From Eledone cirrhosa (taxonomy: Eukaryota), in contig OZ024741.1 of NCBI GenBank assembly GCA_964016885.1, forward strand, positions 361,150,001 to 361,214,000: a DNA stretch of 64,000 nucleotides, read 5' to 3'. This document shows positions 25,871-38,419 of this stretch, one piece after another (position 1 is the first letter of the stretch; every line of letters starts with the position of its first letter). The notes below the pieces were generated by a model. That model searched no databases, was not told the origin of the DNA, and saw only the letters and a list, made by a program, of their open reading frames with translations. The translations under genes and the position numbers were made by a program.

Positions 25871-26661
25871 TAAATAAATACATTATCGGAGAAAGCTTTT
25901 AGCAATATTCCGGCCAAATCCCAACTCACTCAACAAACATTAGGAAATAAGTGAGTATATTCCTAATTAAGCGTTCGGGGTGCTAACTAAATGTATTGTG
26001 TGGAAAATTGGCTGTATTATTTCATATGAGACATATCGAATATATCTCTTCCCAGACGGACGTCTCGTTTCATTATAAGATTCCTACAATTTGGGTGAAA
26101 TTATACAAATTTATGTAGGAGCTTGTATATGATCAACAGATAATATTCAAGTAGGCTCTTATAATTCATCAGTGGGTGCCCAATAATACTAATATTGATA
26201 ATCTAACCAACATCAATATTTAGTGATAATCACCATCAGTGCTTGAGGTATCTGTTAGGTTGCTACTCCAGCAGGTCTAAAGAAATACTCAAACTGATTC
26301 AAAAATGAGGAAGTATATTACCGCCAAAAAAACAATACATGCGCAAGGCGATGAATTCTAAAAGGAATTCAGGCCACGTGCTAGAACTCAATTGGAACTT
26401 GAAAAAATATCTATGTGTGTACAACGTTTGATGACACACATAGATATTTTCTCGGGCAAAATAACAGAATGAGATATAAGAAACAATCAATATTCATATA
26501 TAAAAAAATAAACAAAGACCTTATATCGGGAATTTCATATCTGTTGCACCAAGAGTATATAAATAAATACATTATCGGAGAAAGCTTTTAGCGATACTCC
26601 GGCCAAATTCCAACTCACTCAACAAACATTAGGAAATAAGTGAGTATATTCCTAATTAAGC
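25871..26661 (-). mobile_element. PLE-like element with ~100-bp terminal direct repeats (25871-25972 / 26560-26661), flanked by (TA)n
   Basis: Direct repeat taaataaatacattatcggagaaagc...cctaattaagc. Internal hammerhead on the minus strand. Confidence 0.75.
26051..26176 (-). ncRNA. Complete type-I hammerhead ribozyme motif with an extended (~95-nt) stem II
   Basis: Minus strand: ccca-CTGATGA-attataaga...tcttataat-GAAA-cg-agacgtc-cg-TC-tggg. All core nucleotides present, 9-bp perfect stem II base, GUC triplet. Confidence 0.8.
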
Positions 26662-27370
26662 ATATATATATATATATATATAAAGAATATATATATATGT
26701 TTCCTTGAGCAAGACACTTTATTTCACATTGCTCCAGTTTACTCAGCTGTAGAAATGAGATGATAGGGATTGGGGTCCATATCATTCCACTGCAAAGTGG
26801 TCGTGGAGGTGCCACAGCAAAAAAGCACCCACCGCTCACAGTAAATGAGGTTGGTGTTAGGAAGGGCATCCAGCTGTAGAAATCAAACCAGAATCAGTTC
26901 CCGTCCCTCCCTTGCAAGCAGGGAAAAGCGGACGTAAAATGATGATGTATATATATATATAAAGAAAAAGTAGTGACATTGCATGTATGCATGAATAGGA
27001 CTCTGTTAAAAAATAATTTCAGATCATTTTATGTGTTGCTGTGAAATGTAGTCTTATAAATCACCATAGGAATAACATAGTAAGGCTGGAATGCATGTTC
27101 TTTTTTTCTATATCCCAAACTCAAGGTATATCTGTTAATATATACACACATGTGTGTGTGTGTGTGTATATAAGTATAAAGGGTAAAAACCCCTTCGATC
27201 ATGGGATTTGCACCTAGAAAGTTCCCCTTAGAGGTACAAGTCCGGGCATGGTTGATCATGGAAGACCACTAGTCATCCATGCATACCAACCTCCCCTCTC
27301 CACATCACTGATGTTGTCCAAGGGAAAAGTAATGGCTGATACAGCTTGGTACCAGTGAATATATATATAT

Positions 27371-27896
27371 TCCCCATTTTATCACATATATTTACCTAAA
27401 CTGCGATTCTGTTTTTTTCTCTCTCTCTCTCTTACTGCTCCCTCATTCTCTCTGTTTCTCCTACTTTCTTTCGCCCCCTCTGTCATGTTAGTTAACTCTT
27501 CCTCACACTTCCACTCACTCACTCACTGTTTCTTCTCTCCTCACTTCACCCGTTCGCGACGAAAGCAATTTCTCTCTTTCGCACATTGCATTCGTTCGCG
27601 AAAGGTCTTTTTTCTAAGCGCTCATATATTCACCTAGCTTATGCTAACAGAATAACTATGAAGCTTGTTTCCTTCCTTCTACGGTTAGCTCTACTCTTTG
27701 TTGTTTTCCTGTCTCACTCGCTTTACGCGTTTTAATTGTCCTAATAACTTAATTTAGTTATTATTGCACCGACGTGAGGTATATGATTTTTAATGCAATG
27801 AAATATCTATGATCGTCGGCAAATCACTGATGAGGGACTTATTTTATTACATGTTATCCATGTGCTACCAGCAGTATTTTTCTCCCCATTTTATCA
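27371..27896 (+). mobile_element. (TA)n-bounded PLE-like remnant with a short terminal direct repeat and degenerate hammerhead motifs
   Basis: tccccattttatca at both ends. ccgac-gtgaggt...GAAA-tatctatga-TC-gtcgg (27769-27819) and an orphan CTGATGAG at 27827. Confidence 0.5.
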
Positions 27897-30224
27897 TATA
27901 TATATATATATATGTGTGTGTATATAATTCAAGAAATAAGCATAACATGGTTGTCTGTACAATAAGGGCTTTATTCACAATGCTGACAATTGTTTCTTTG
28001 ATCTGGTAGGTCTAAAATTCGCTAATCGCTAGATGCTGCGTCAATCGATCTCCAATACTTTGTTTATAACCAGTTAATTCACTCCAAGTATAACCTACAT
28101 AGAAATCACTGTGAATTCGCTGCATCACTATGGAAGCGTCTTGTTGAGTCAAACTAAGCCATACGTTAATACCATTCACAACACGGAGTACTCTAACTGG
28201 ACTACCTCTAAGTGGATTGCCTATAACGATAACTTGTTATCCCATATATATATATATGTATATATATATATTGATTATCATTAATCAAACAATATCTGGT
28301 ATTCATGAGATCAGGGCTTGACTTGGGGCAGCAAGGTCAGCATTTAGGTCCCTCAGCACCTTGTAGACAGACTGTACTCTCCACAAGAGCATCGAGTTTA
28401 AGTTTCTGAAAACCCTAGTGTGGTTGGTGGCACTGAATGGCTGCAAAATCTATACACTGAAAACCACCTATGTTAACAAATTGATCTTGTTTGAGACAAC
28501 ATGTTACAGGTAGGCACTGCACATCAGCTGGATGGAGCAGAAAGCTAATTGGTCAGTCCAGGAAGAGATGGGAACAGAGAAGCAGATGGTTGCAACCATA
28601 AATTCAATTAAATAAATAAAACAAAGCCGACAAAATCATCATCATCATCATCATCACTGCTTAACGTCCATTTTTCTATGCTAACATGGATTAGATGAGT
28701 TGTCCTGTTGTGAGATAAGTCTGATCAGGTGACTGTGTCTTGCTCATACAGAACTGTTTCTGGCTTGGTTTCTACAGCTGGATGCCCTTCCTAATGTCAA
28801 CCACAATTACAGTGTGGACAGGGTGCTTTTTATCATGGCACCAAAACAACCAGCTGACAGGATGAACTGGGTACTTTTTTATCGTGTCACTAGCATGGCG
28901 ACTTTACAGGGTGAACTGGGTGTTTTTTGTCGTGCTACCAACACGACCACTTTACAGGGTGAGCTGGGTGTATTTTGTTGTGTCACCAATTGTCTCTAAA
29001 TAAATTTGTCGCTTTTCTTAATTTTTTTCAGAATGATGGGGGAGTACTTGAGATGGTAGGAAGCTGAACTAAATAAAATAAATATAAAACTGCTTGTTTA
29101 TAAAAACTTTCTGTCATAATTTTATGAACCCTTAAGTAATATCCCAAATACCAACTTAATAATGAAAAAGTTAGCTCTACTACTTAACACCCCCAAATTC
29201 TTGATTATTTTCAAAATTATTTGAAAATCATAGGCAATGTCTTTCATTAGAAATATAAGCAAAGAGTTAATACAAGGTACAGTCATTAGAACATTGGATA
29301 TTTATTCTGAGTCTCTGCATTTTAAGTTCAAATCCTACTGAGGTCCACTTTACTTTCATCTTTACAAAGTCAATAAAGAAAGTACCAGCCCAATACTATT
29401 GAAGCCCTCTTTATTTCCAGCTGTCACCTCCTGAATGTTCCACTGGATCAAGGGAGAAAGGATTGAGAGGGTGTCTGTGTCTACTCACAACTGCATAGCA
29501 CCTAAAACCCTTAGTAAAAGCCTGGTACATACTAACAAGTCATACTCAGCTGCAAATGATGGCTATATTAGTTTTAGTAGCTTCTTCACCCTTTAATGAC
29601 CATATTTCTAATGAAATGCACTCCATTTTTATTATTCAATCAAGAATTTTGAGATTTTACTAAAATTATTAATTATTTCATTATTAAGATAGTAACTTAA
29701 CAAATGGTTTACATATAAAATTATACTGGAAAAATCTTTTATTTAAATAGAAACACTTAAAAATGGGTGGTTTTGTTTCATAGCACCAAGGCTAGTTTTA
29801 GCTGGGTTAGTTTCATAATGTTGGAGTAACTATTTGAGATTTTGGCATGTAAAATAATATTGTGCAAGCTTTATTGATCAAGGTTTCTCACTAAGCTATG
29901 CTTTAAAGAAAATATATCTGTACAATGAGACTATTTCATTTAGTGTTGCACTTTTAAATATTGTTTCTAGTGTATTGATTGAGATATTGCGGTATTTTAC
30001 ATATGTGTGCTAGTTGTCATGCACATATTTATATTAGTAATGGATAGTTGTATCTGATTCATCTTAAAGGCCTTATATTTTAGGGATGAAAGAAAAGATT
30101 TGACATATGTTTGTGTGTAAGATGAGGGGGAGGGTTTGTGTGACTTTCCAAAGGACAATAGCAGCCTCAGTAAAGTGAAATGGTTCAGTACTTTAAGAAT
30201 CAAGGTCATTATGATCATCATCAT

Positions 30225-31080
30225 TTTGCATCTACATTTCTATGCTTGCATGGGTTAAGCAGGTCCTTTTTAGCACAGCCCTCCCTCCCTTGTAACTTCC
30301 TTTTGTCACCTTTGATGAGTGCACCTGAGCACTGTACACAATAATTTCATTATTATCATTATTATTATTATCTTCTCTATGCAGTTCAGCATTTTGAGAT
30401 CGACTTCAACCACCTCTCTTCAGGTTGTTCTTGGTCTTCTTTTATTGCAGCTTTCTCCTGCTACATCTTCACTAAGGGTTCATCATCTGTATACATCACA
30501 TGTCCATACTAGTGTAATCTTTTTTGCACACTGCATCTGATTTTTCTTATACCATTTTATTTTTGTTTGTTTTTTTCTCAGTTTATCCATGCCCTATCTT
30601 CCATGCACACCCAATGAAGCATACTCACTTCATTTCTTTCCAGCCTCTGCATACATTCCACACTCACTGCCCATGTCTCACTGCCAGACAATGCCATATG
30701 TATCACACAGGCATTATACAATCTACTCTTTGCTCAAGGGAGAAATCCTTTTGCTGTCAACAGAGATAGTAGCTCCCTGAACTTTTTCCACCTGTTCTTA
30801 TTTTAACTACTATGCTTTTAGAGCAACTTCCTCCACTACTATGTCCCAGTGTATCTGCCACATGTAAAGTCTGTCTTCTGTTAATCTGCCTACAATTCCA
30901 CTACACCTCTTGTGTACCCATATATAACATTGTGTACATCATAAAGAGTTCCTACCTACTCCTTTTTAACATATTGAGCATAGCCACTTCCCTGATAGAA
31001 CCAGGCTCTTGTCCTCTTCCCTATTTACTAAAACTTGGGTTTTTGTTAGGTTTACTCTGAACACTTTTGATTGTTTCCGT
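30225..31080 (-). mobile_element. Degenerate RTE LINE fragment with an inserted CR1-type 3' tail (30308-30370)
   Basis: Collinear with the other RTE copies. gtgcacctgagcactgtacacaataatttcattatt matches the LINE tail at 61485-61525. Confidence 0.7.
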
Positions 31081-31785
31081 AACAGGAATTTCTTCTCAAT
31101 GTTGTTCCATAAAAACTTTCAATTGTTATCAATATCATATGTGTCTATCTCCACCTCCTTCTCATTGTACATGTCAAATAAAGTTTTTCTAAACTTATAT
31201 TCATCAGAGAGCTCCTTTTTACCCACTTCCTCGAGATTGTCCTGAATTTTATGGCTGGATACCCTTCATGCTGTTAACTCCACTTATTTGCCTCTTACAA
31301 CATGCAAGAATATGGTGTTCCTATTCTAAGCTCGATAATTTAAAACTGCAGTTTGGGAAGAATTTTCCCAAATTCTCTATATTTCTGTGAACAAGAAACA
31401 GTCTTTGATGAGACTGGGGAGAAAACCAGCCACTTACACATTAAAAAAAAATTATTAACAATATTAGAAATTCTATAAAATATGATATAACAACTATTGG
31501 TCAATCAATGCCCATCTGTATACAGCTGCTACTACTAAAAAACAATATATAAGAGATCTGACATAACAATACAAGTCAGATAACAAAAACTAACAGAAAA
31601 TATTGACAGCTTTCACCACATAATTGAACATTTAGATACTATCAGAGAGTGTAAGGAGAACAATACCTTTTTATTTTATTTTAAAATATGTTCACCAAAC
31701 ATGCTAACTACATCTTTAAGGTGCAAAACTGACTCAAATGTTTGGATACTCTATATTGAAACTTTTGTGAAGAAAATCAATATCT

Positions 31786-32426
31786 TTAACCCTTTATTAC
31801 TCTATATATACTATTGCATTTTCATGGTAAAAGCTTTATCTCACATAGTTATCTCTCATAATAGCAAATCTATGAGATTTCGATGTTATTTATTTTGAGA
31901 ACAATACCTTAACATCAGTATGAACAGCCAGTTATAGCTGGTTTGAACAGAAAGAGGGGAGAGAATTCTGGCAGGGAAAAGCGGATGTAAAATGATGATG
32001 ATAATGATCATCATCATCATCACCGTTTACGTCCGGTCTTCCACGCTAGCATGGGTTAGATGGGTTGTCCTGTTGTAGGCAGTGTCTGGTCAGCTGACCT
32101 TGTCGTGCTCATACAGGAACTGATTCTGGCTTGATTTCTACAGCTGCATGCCCTTCCTAACACTAATCTCATTTACAGTGAGTGCTGGGTGCTTCTTGCC
32201 GTGGCACCACCACAACCACTTTGCAGTGGAATGATAGGGACCCCAGTCCTATCATCTCATTTCTACAGCTGAGTAAACTGGAGCAATGTGAAATAAAGTG
32301 TCTTGTTCAAGGAAACAACACATCACCCGGTCCGAGAATTGAACTCACAACCTTTCGATTGCAAGCCCAATGCTCTAACCACTAAGCCATGCACCTTCAT
32401 GGCCAGTTTAAATGCTAAAGGATTAA
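31786..32426 (+). mobile_element. piggyBac-type MITE split by a nested SINE (31971-32400, minus strand)
   Basis: The MITE halves flank a tRNA-head SINE carrying the RTE-type tail. Confidence 0.75.
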
Positions 32427-32812
32427 AAAATTAATCTAGGATGTTGAATGAGAAACTCCCTTAATCGAAAAAACTGCCCACAAATCATTATTAAAACAAG
32501 TTTTCCTCTGAACCTTAAACTTTTATAGCTAACAATGAAATGAAGTAATACATCAGTAAAAGGAACCACTTCAAGAAATTCATTTTGGTCCAATATCTAG
32601 AATTAGGCAGTGGATTAACAAAGTAGTTAGGTTGTTTGATTAAATGCTTCAGTATTTGTTCTGGATCACTGCACTCTGAGTTCAAGTCCCACTGGTATCA
32701 CCTTTACTGTTCAGTCTTATGATGAATGAAGTACCAGTACAGGGTCAACAGATTGGCAGAATTATTAAAGACAGGATGAATGTTATGTAGTGTTTTATTC
32801 AAATCTGTGCAT

Positions 32813-33345
32813 TCATCATCATCATCATCATCATCATTTAACGCCCATCTTCCACGCTAGCATGGATTGGACGGTTTTATTCCACTTGAGGCGAGATTGG
32901 TTGGAAGACCGTGTCTCACTCATACAGAACTGTCCCTGGCAGGTTTTCTATGGCTGGATGCCCTTCCTAACACCAACCACATTTACAGTGTGGACTGGGA
33001 GCCTTTTTACTGTGTCTCCTACACGACCACTTTACAGTGTGGACTGGGTGCTTTTTGTCGTGTCACCGACATGATCACTTTACACTGGACGGAAATGGGA
33101 GGATGGAGTAGGGGTGCGGGGTGTATATTGGGTTAAGAGGTGCCTACTGACTGTAGATTTAAGTTTGTATGCAAGGAAAGACGGGTCTTCTGTACAACTG
33201 CATCGCGCCAAAGATCTCGATCCAGTGTCATTGTCTTAGAGAGGTGTAAGTGAGCAAGGTCAGTTTTTATCACCTCGTCCCAGGTTTTTCTTGGTCTACC
33301 TACTCTGTAGCTTCCATCAATTTTGATCGCTCTGCACTTTCTGAG
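32813..33345 (-). mobile_element. 5'-truncated RTE LINE 3' end plus 3' UTR
   Basis: KCRAIKIDGSYRVGRPRKTWDEVIKTDL...DRDLWRDAV, followed by the UTR and (GAT)n. Confidence 0.85.
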
Positions 33346-33469
33346 TTCTAATCCCACCTCCTTTCCCTGGACGTTGTGACTGGCAGATAGTATCAGCAAT
33401 GGAAAGACCAATGGAAAGATTGTTTTCTTGGGCCAACCTGATGATTCCCTTTTGGGAATGAAAAGACAT

Positions 33470-35420
33470 ATCATCATCATCATCATCATCACCGTTTTAC
33501 GTCCGTTCTTCCACGCTAGCATGGGTTAGACGGGTTGTCCTGTTGTGGGCAGTGTCTGGTCGGCTGACCATGCCTTGCTCATACAGGAACTGATCTGGCT
33601 TGATTTCTACAGCTGGATGCCCTTCCTAACACCAACCTCATTTACAGTGAGTGCTGGGTGCTTTTTCGTGGCGCCTACACGTCCACTTTACAGTGTGGGC
33701 TGGGTGCTTTTTTGCCGTGGCACCTCCACGGCCACCTTGCGGTGGAGGGGGGGGGGCATATTGTTTATATGCTTCAGCATGTACCCATGGGAGGTCGGGT
33801 ACCCTGTATTACTGCGTGACGCCAGAAGTCACGGTCGTGTGTCATTGACTTTGAGAGGTGTAGTTGGGTAAGGTCGGCTTTTATCACCTCATCCCAAGTC
33901 ATCTTGGGTCTCCCCACTCCGCGGTTTCCATCAACTTCTAGTGCTCTGCACCTTTTTATGCAGCTGTCATCCTTCATACGCATCACATGTCCATACCAGC
34001 GTAACCGCCTCTCCTGCACGCAGCATTTGATTCCTCTTATGCTCAGTCTCTCTCTCAATTCATTTATGCTTTGTCGTTCACGTATATTACTGTTACACAT
34101 CCATCGGAGCATGCAGGCTTCGTTTCTCTCTAATCTACGTAAGTCTTCCACCTTCAGCGCCCAGGTCTCACTACCATGCAACATCGCTGTTCGGATACAC
34201 GCATCATACAGTCTGCCTTTCATTCTGAGGGAGAAGCCTTTTGCAGCTAGCAGTGGTAGTAGTTCCCTAAACTTCTTCCATCCCGTTCTTACCCTAGTTA
34301 TTGTACTTTCTGAGCACCCACCTCCGTTGCTAATTCGGTCACCTAGGTAGCAGAAGCTGTCTACTGTTTCTACAGGGCCCTCCCAGAGATTGGTGGTACT
34401 TGTTTCCTGTGGCTGTTTGCTTGCTGTTTCAGCACAGCTGCTGCATGTGAATCCTACATTCTTAATTAAGCTTCCCGAGATCCCGCTACATCTCTTGTGT
34501 ACCCATTGTTTGCATTTGGGGCAGAGAATGGAGTTTCTACCTACACCTTTCCTACATACTGAGCAAGGCCATTTCCCTGAGGGGATCTGGGTTCTGTTTT
34601 CTCGTCTACTTACAAGGACCTTAGTCTTTGTCATGTTGACTTTGAGGCCCTTTCTCTCTAGTCCCTGCTTCCAGGTTTGGAATTTATTCTCTAGTTCTAC
34701 CATAGATTCAGCTATGAGTGCGAGGTCATCAGCATACAGGAGTTCCCATGGGCATCCGGTCTTAAACTCCTCCGTTATTGCCTGCAGGACTATGATGAAC
34801 AGGAGAGGGCTAAGAACAGAGCCCTGGTGGACCCCAACCTGTACGCTAAATTCCTCGCTATACTCATTGCCAATCCTAACTTTGCTGACTGCTCCCCTAT
34901 ACATGGCTTGTACCGCTTTCACAAGCCATTCATCTACTCCTAGTTTTCTAAGAGCCCACCAGATTACTGCACGTGGAACTCTGTCAAAGGCTTTCTCAAG
35001 GTCGACAAATGCCAAGTAGAGTGGCTTACTTTTAGCTAGGTACTTTTCCTGTAATTGCCTCACAAGGAAGAGGGCATCAGTGGTGCCTTTCCCTGGTACA
35101 AACCCAAATTGCATCTCGTCTATATTCACCCGGTCCCTAATCAGCTGTGCTATAACTCTTTCTGTTACTTTCATGACCTGGTCCATCAACTTTATACCTC
35201 TATAGTTTCCTCTATCTAGTGCATCGCCTTTACCTTTGTAGCAGTTGACAATGATGCTACTGCACCAATCTTTTGGTATGGCCCCCTCTAGTATTACCTG
35301 GTTAACGATACGTGTGGTTATAGTGTGACCTACAGACCCAGATGCCTTCAGCATCTCGGCAGCTATACCCGATGGACCGGTTGCCTTCCCTATCTTCATA
35401 TCTCTGATTGCCTTACTTAT
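33470..35420 (-). mobile_element. 5'-truncated RTE-clade LINE, apparently young
   Basis: Uninterrupted 541-aa frame, 3' UTR and (GAT)n tail. No endonuclease domain is present because of the truncation. Confidence 0.95.
33774..35399 (-). CDS. RTE LINE reverse transcriptase (partial ORF) with an inserted PHD-type zinc finger
   Basis: KATGPSGI, KGKGD..NYRGIKL, QFGF, AFVDLEKAFDRV, GVHQGSVLSPLLF and LLYADDL RT motifs; RRLRWYGHV and GRPKMTW RTE C-terminal motifs. The listed Met is probably internal, not a true start. Confidence 0.9.
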   Translation of the reverse strand: MKIGKATGPSGIAAEMLKASGSVGHTITTRIVNQVILEGAIPKDWCSSIIVNCYKGKGDALDRGNYRGIKLMDQVMKVTERVIAQLIRDRVNIDEMQFGFVPGKGTTDALFLVRQLQEKYLAKSKPLYLAFVDLEKAFDRVPRAVIWWALRKLGVDEWLVKAVQAMYRGAVSKVRIGNEYSEEFSVQVGVHQGSVLSPLLFIIVLQAITEEFKTGCPWELLYADDLALIAESMVELENKFQTWKQGLERKGLKVNMTKTKVLVSRRENRTQIPSGKWPCSVCRKGVGRNSILCPKCKQWVHKRCSGISGSLIKNVGFTCSSCAETASKQPQETSTTNLWEGPVETVDSFCYLGDRISNGGGCSESTITRVRTGWKKFRELLPLLAAKGFSLRMKGRLYDACIRTAMLHGSETWALKVEDLRRLERNEACMLRWMCNSNIRERQSINELRERLSIRGIKCCVQERRLRWYGHVMRMKDDSCIKRCRALEVDGNRGVGRPKMTWDEVIKADLTQLHLSKSMTHDRDFWRHAVIQGTRPPMGTC

Positions 35421-35743
35421 ATCTTAACTATAATGCATTATGGCTAAATACAATGAGGAAGGTCTGTTGTCTCAAATGCTACAGTTAAACATACACCATA
35501 AGCTCCAAAACTTCCTCTACAGTTGTAGAAAAGCTACACAGTGGAAAGATGCTAGGAAAAGACTTAAATGAAAACTAGTATAAGATAGGGATGTTGTACA
35601 GACAAATCTTATAGCCAAGAATGAAAAATTTTCTCTTACTAGAAAGCTATATGACTATTCTTTACACAATCTATCTTAACCAATACCTCCATATATAGCA
35701 GTTATATGTTTTATCAGCTTTACACAGATATCAAGATAGCCAT

Positions 35744-35965
35744 TTAACCTTTTAGCATTTAAACCAGCCATATCTAGCCAGAATTCTCTCACCTCTTTCT
35801 GTTTAAACTGGCTGTAACCGGCCACTCATGTTAAGGTATTGTTCTCAAAATAAATAACATCAAAATCTCATAGATTTGATATTATGTGAGATAATTATGT
35901 TAGTTAAAGCCTTTACCACAAAAATACAATAGATATATAGAGTAATGTAAATAGTAAAGGGTTAA
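35744..35965 (-). mobile_element. piggyBac-type MITE copy
   Basis: ttaaccttttagcattta...taaagggttaa. Confidence 0.8.
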
Positions 35966-37160
35966 ACTATATTTTAACGTGAACAAGTCATAGGGAAACT
36001 ATATGTTTTTATTGGAGATTATCCAGAAAATTTATGGTATTATTTGTTTCAATGTTAAAATTTCCAGTCCAATGCAATATATTTTCAAGGATCCACCTGC
36101 CATAGATACAATCCTCTAATTTATGGAGGCTACAAAAATATTTAACTACAGAAATATTAAGGAATTAACATTCTTTATGTCCTTTACCAATTTTTCCTTT
36201 CTTTTTTAAAATTTTCTCTCACTCTTTGTTTTGTTTCTTATATATAGTAGGTATTAACTACCTATCCCAGTCTGTCATGGTTTACCAGCTTACCAGCTTT
36301 ACACGGACAGTTATATTGATTAAATAAATAATTGTTTCTACTTTTGGCACAAGGCCAGCAATTATCCAAATGCATTACTGGTACTTTATTTTATCGACCC
36401 CGTAAGGACGAAAGGCAAAGCTAATCCCGGCGGGATTTGAACTCAGACCGTAAAGGGCTGTAACTCTATGCTGCAAGGCATGGCGTCCAACCCTCTACCC
36501 ATACTGCCAATAATAGATAAATAATAGTGACTGTTAGACAAGCAGGCATTAAGAAAAGGAGTTTAGGGGTGAGCTGAACAACTTTCTAATAATAAGGTGA
36601 TGCTGACTAAAGTACAAAGAAAAATACCATGGAAAACTTGTGATAGTATGGCTTGATTCTATATTCCCCTCATAACTGCTGGGATCACATATTTGACAAA
36701 TCTAGATACAGCTAGTTAAATGTTCACATAGATCTGGTCAACCATCCACATTCTTATATTTGAAAGCTCAAGTATTGTCTCTGATTATATCGAAAGGAAT
36801 ATATAAAACAAATAATCTTATGTTTACTTTGGCATTTATTCAGGAAAACAATATATTGCAGCTTGGTCTTCATTTGCATTTTATTGATGTCGTCGCAGTG
36901 CTGTTGTAGTGTATCAACAAGGATACTCAAGACTTGGTTATACTAATAAACCACACTCTGCAAGGGACGAAGTGCATGTTGTCAGAACATGCTCCAATGA
37001 TACATAACTTCTGCATTTATAACATACATACATACATACACACACAAATACATACATGCATACATACACATGTACATACATACATGCATACACACATACA
37101 TATATACATACATACACATATACATACACACATATAAACACACACTCATACATATATACA

Positions 37161-38331
37161 TGGTGGCTGCCAACTCGTTTTCAAGTACGGCCACTACTTT
37201 ATATCCATGTAGGAGAACCCCTACCGATGCGCTGAACGAGTGTGACTTTTTAGTCCAGCCAGCGACTTGAAAACTCTGGTACAAACACTACACTTGTGAC
37301 AATTATTGACACATAGTGCTGGGCCCATGGTACCATGTGACGGCAAGTGCAGAGAGATCTCCAGATATAAAGCAATGCCTGTGCCGTGAAGCTTTTATAG
37401 TGAGCAAAGGCACTGCACAAAGCCAGTCCCACTCTCTTAACCAAGATGATATTTACCAAAAAGAAGAACAAGTCAACATCATTGGATACCATCAGGGTTG
37501 CAGGTGTTATATCAGAGTTTTCCTTCTCCTAGAATTCTGCCTTGACAAAGGCTAAGGGGTCATCTCTCCCGATGATTTTGGATGGCCATTGACTCTTAAG
37601 AGCTCCTTTGCCCTTTGACAGGTTTTGTTTTTAGTCCTGCAGAATGTTCAAAGTCACCCTCCTCACCAAGAAACCTTGGTGGGGTCGCCAACGACCCGAC
37701 CATGAGACAGGTTGTACTGGGATACATGTTACCAGTAGCACCAACTGGTGACCTGACATATATACATACATGCATACATGGTGGCTGCCAACTCGTTTTC
37801 GAGTACGGCCACTACTTTATATCCATGTAGGAGAACCCCTACCGATGCGCTGAACGAGTGTGACTTTTTAGTCCAGCCAGCGACTTGAAAACTCTGGTAC
37901 AAACACTACACTTGTGACAATTATTGACACATAGTGCTGGGCCCATGGTACCATGTGACGGCAAGTGCAGAGAGATCTCCAGATATAAAGCAATACCTGT
38001 GCCGTGAAGCTTTTATAGTGAGCAAAGGCACTGCACAAAGCCAGTCCCACTCTCTTAACCAAGATGATATTTACTAAAAAGAAGAATAAGTCAACATCAT
38101 TGGATACCATCAGGGTTGCAGGTGTTATATCAGAGTTTTCCTTCTCCTAGAATTCTGCCTTGACAAAGGCTAAGGGGTCATCTCTCCCAGTGATTTTGGA
38201 TGGCCATTGACTCATAAGAGCTCCTTTGTCCTTTGACAGGTTTTGTTTTTAGTCCTGCAGGATGTCCAAAGTCACCCTCCTCACCAAGAAACCTTAGTTT
38301 CGGGTCGTTGGCGACTAAACTGGCAACCCCA
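37161..38331 (-). mobile_element. Two head-to-tail copies of the ~600-bp (TACA)n-associated retroposon
   Basis: 37161-37757 and 37779-38331 are near-identical and separated by a short (TACA)n. The second copy ends in a 32-bp inversion. Confidence 0.85.
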
Positions 38332-38419
38332 CATGCATACATACATACTTACATACATACATACATACATACATATTAACACACACACACATACATAGAT
38401 AGATACATACATACATGAT

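Noticed and set aside
33904-35019. Plus-strand ORFs of 148 and 209 aa
   Set aside because: Antisense shadows of the RTE RT frame.
37250-37555. Recurrent 79-80 aa ORFs in the TACA-associated element
   Set aside because: They recur only because the copies are near-identical. One copy has stops and no domain is recognisable.
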